DNA of 64,000 nucleotides from Elsinoe ampelina (taxonomy: Eukaryota). The stretch covers positions 2,550,728 to 2,614,727 of the forward strand of contig ML992502.1 in assembly GCA_010093995.1 (NCBI GenBank), in the 5' to 3' direction. Position 1 is the stretch's first letter; every line of letters begins with the position of its first letter. The position numbers and the translations under genes are program-made. Shown piece by piece: positions 62,158 through 64,000 of this stretch. The notes under the pieces were generated by a model. It was not told the origin of the DNA and did not search any database. It saw nothing but the letters and a program-made list of their open reading frames with translations.

Positions 62158-63521
62158 GGCAAAATGTGAAGATATGTCCTCGGTACTGTCGAGAAATGAA
62201 TGTAGTCACTGCAGGTAGGTTGCCAGTGAGATGGTGTGCACACGCAAGAAGGCCTTGTGAAGGAGTGACAAGGGAACGAGGGCAAGCAGTGTATCAAACA
62301 CGTGCAAGCAACGAAAAGGTGCAAAGAAGGACAAATGCAAGACACAATCGAGCGCTGGGAAGAATCAAAGAAAAGCTCTGCAGGTGGGCGGCTCGATATA
62401 TCAGGGTGACTTGACACGGTGGGCCCCGACAGGATGGCGAGAACGCCTCATCTGGACCTACCACTCCACTGGCATGGATCGCAGGCCCGGGAAAACAAGC
62501 CGTGCAAAGACTCTGATGGCGTCGACAGAAGACTTGACAAGCTTCGTTTGAGAGTCTTGGTTGTGGAGAAAGGAGATGGGAGGGAGATCACCAGGAGGTG
62601 TTTGCATGTGCAGCACGGGCTGAAGGAGCCAATGAGGAGTGCAGTGGCATGTTTCGACGGAGACGGCGTGGGCAGCGTCGAGCGGAAGCGAAGAGCCGTC
62701 ATGGCGTATGTGGAGGTTCAACGGCGAGCCAGACCGAGCAGGGATGGGAGGATCGAGAGGCGAGATGGGTGTGCTGACGACGTGACTGTCCACGGGTGGT
62801 TTGATGTGCCAAGGGCGTCTTGACGAGGACAAGCATGAAACAAGCCTCCCCAAATTGCTTGTGTCCGCAAGATGGAAGCCGGGCGCGAGTCGAGGACGAG
62901 GAGTGATGTCGGAGAAAGAGGGTGAGATGCAGGAACAGGCTTCGCACCAGCGCATCACAATCTTGGGCGCCGCGTTTCTGTTGACGCTGACTGGACGAGA
63001 AGAGTCCGGGGTCGATTTTGTCGTTTGCTGGGACCACAAAAAGAGACCCCTGATGTTTCACAAAAATCTCTGAACCATCGGCGCCAGTCAATCCTGCCAT
63101 CTCGCCTGCTTACCTACAGGACATCTGTGCTGAACTGTTGTGTGACTAAAGCCCAAACCCCAAATGTCGATGAAACCAGCACCGCTTGTATTTGAACGGA
63201 ACCTTTGCCACCAGTGGAAATGCTCTTGGCTTTTGATGTGTAAAAGAAATTCTGGAAGCTTTGGTGGAAACCAAATGAACTTCTGAAAGGCACAAAAGCG
63301 ACGAGTGCCGATCCGGACTTTTGAACGGCCACAAGCGTGTACGGGAAGAAAATGCATTGGCTATTGCCATGACTATGAAGAATGCTTTGCTTTCTTTAGA
63401 TGTTCATGTAAAGGAGCAGAGACAACCATATCCTTTCCCGGCCGGACGTCAAAAGCCCCAGATCAAATCGCCCAGCTCCTGGCCCTTCCGGCAGATCTCC
63501 AACCCAGCCCTACTCCCTGCC

Positions 63522-64000
63522 CTACAATGAGCGCACGGGATACTTCTCCCTAAGGTATCCGCCGTACTTCATAAGCAAGAATGGTACCGGAACAGAGACA
63601 AGCGAGATGAAGCCCAACACGCTCGTTCCCCAGCCATATCCCAAGGCACTGTACAGCGGACCGCCAGCAAGCGGCACGAATGCTCCAAACGTACATCTCA
63701 ACACCGTGGCTGCAGCAATAGCAGACGCGGCATACATGGTGAAAGCATCTACCAGGTAGGTCTGCAATGGCAGCATGATCAACAGAAGACCAGATCCGGT
63801 GAGAACAGTGCTGAGCAATGGGAGCGCCCAGTGAAGCTGGAGCTGAGCTGTCCAGCCATAGGCGAATAGACCGATTGGTGTCAAAGGTGCCGTCCAGACC
63901 ATGAGTGGCAGACGGTGCTCTGGCTGCAGCGATCCTTCCTTCGCTTTGAGACCCATGGCGATCTTGTCGTTATACTTGAATGATACAAACATACCGATCA
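63522..64000 (-). CDS. MFS transporter (DHA1 family), C-terminal part only
   Basis: PEHRL, GLFAYGWTA, YLVDAFTMYAASAIAA, PLAGGPLYSALGYGWG and KYGGYLR. Confidence 0.9.
   Translation of the reverse strand, partial: IGMFVSFKYNDKIAMGLKAKEGSLQPEHRLPLMVWTAPLTPIGLFAYGWTAQLQLHWALPLLSTVLTGSGLLLIMLPLQTYLVDAFTMYAASAIAAATVLRCTFGAFVPLAGGPLYSALGYGWGTSVLGFISLVSVPVPFLLMKYGGYLREKYPVRSL

Noticed and set aside
42054..64000. Secondary-metabolite cluster (FMO, ADH, GMC, MFS)
   Set aside because: No backbone enzyme, and the genes are interleaved with RPO41, ARO7 and MDV1. A cluster beyond the right edge cannot be excluded.

Overview
Gene-dense eukaryotic DNA from a filamentous ascomycete (Pezizomycotina; Dothideomycetes is only a guess). 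Evidence is short GT-AG introns with CTRAC/CTAAC branch sites and typical fungal orthologues. About 20 protein-coding genes are supported: an eIF1AD-like gene (partial), a Yvc1-like TRP channel, a PflX-type radical SAM enzyme, a longin R-SNARE, a cytochrome-less cellobiose dehydrogenase, an M14 carboxypeptidase, a NirA-like Zn2Cys6 factor, a Cys-rich/TM/SH3 protein, a Tbf1-like telobox protein, an SNF2-RING ATPase, an FMO fused to a membrane domain, mitochondrial RNA polymerase, chorismate mutase, Mdv1, ADH, a secreted GMC oxidoreductase, an aspartic protease and an MFS transporter (partial). Two three-exon microprotein genes (54 aa and 86 aa) are not shown as such by the ORF track and were assembled by hand. 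Between the conserved genes lie an orphan ORF and several possibly decayed regions. The oddest is 7.9-9.6 kb, which carries four exact copies of a 17-mer plus companion repeats that diverge mainly at synonymous-looking positions. There is one 50-N assembly gap. I found no tRNA/rRNA, CRISPR, intact transposon or PKS/NRPS backbone gene. All identifications come from motif recognition by eye; no database search was run.
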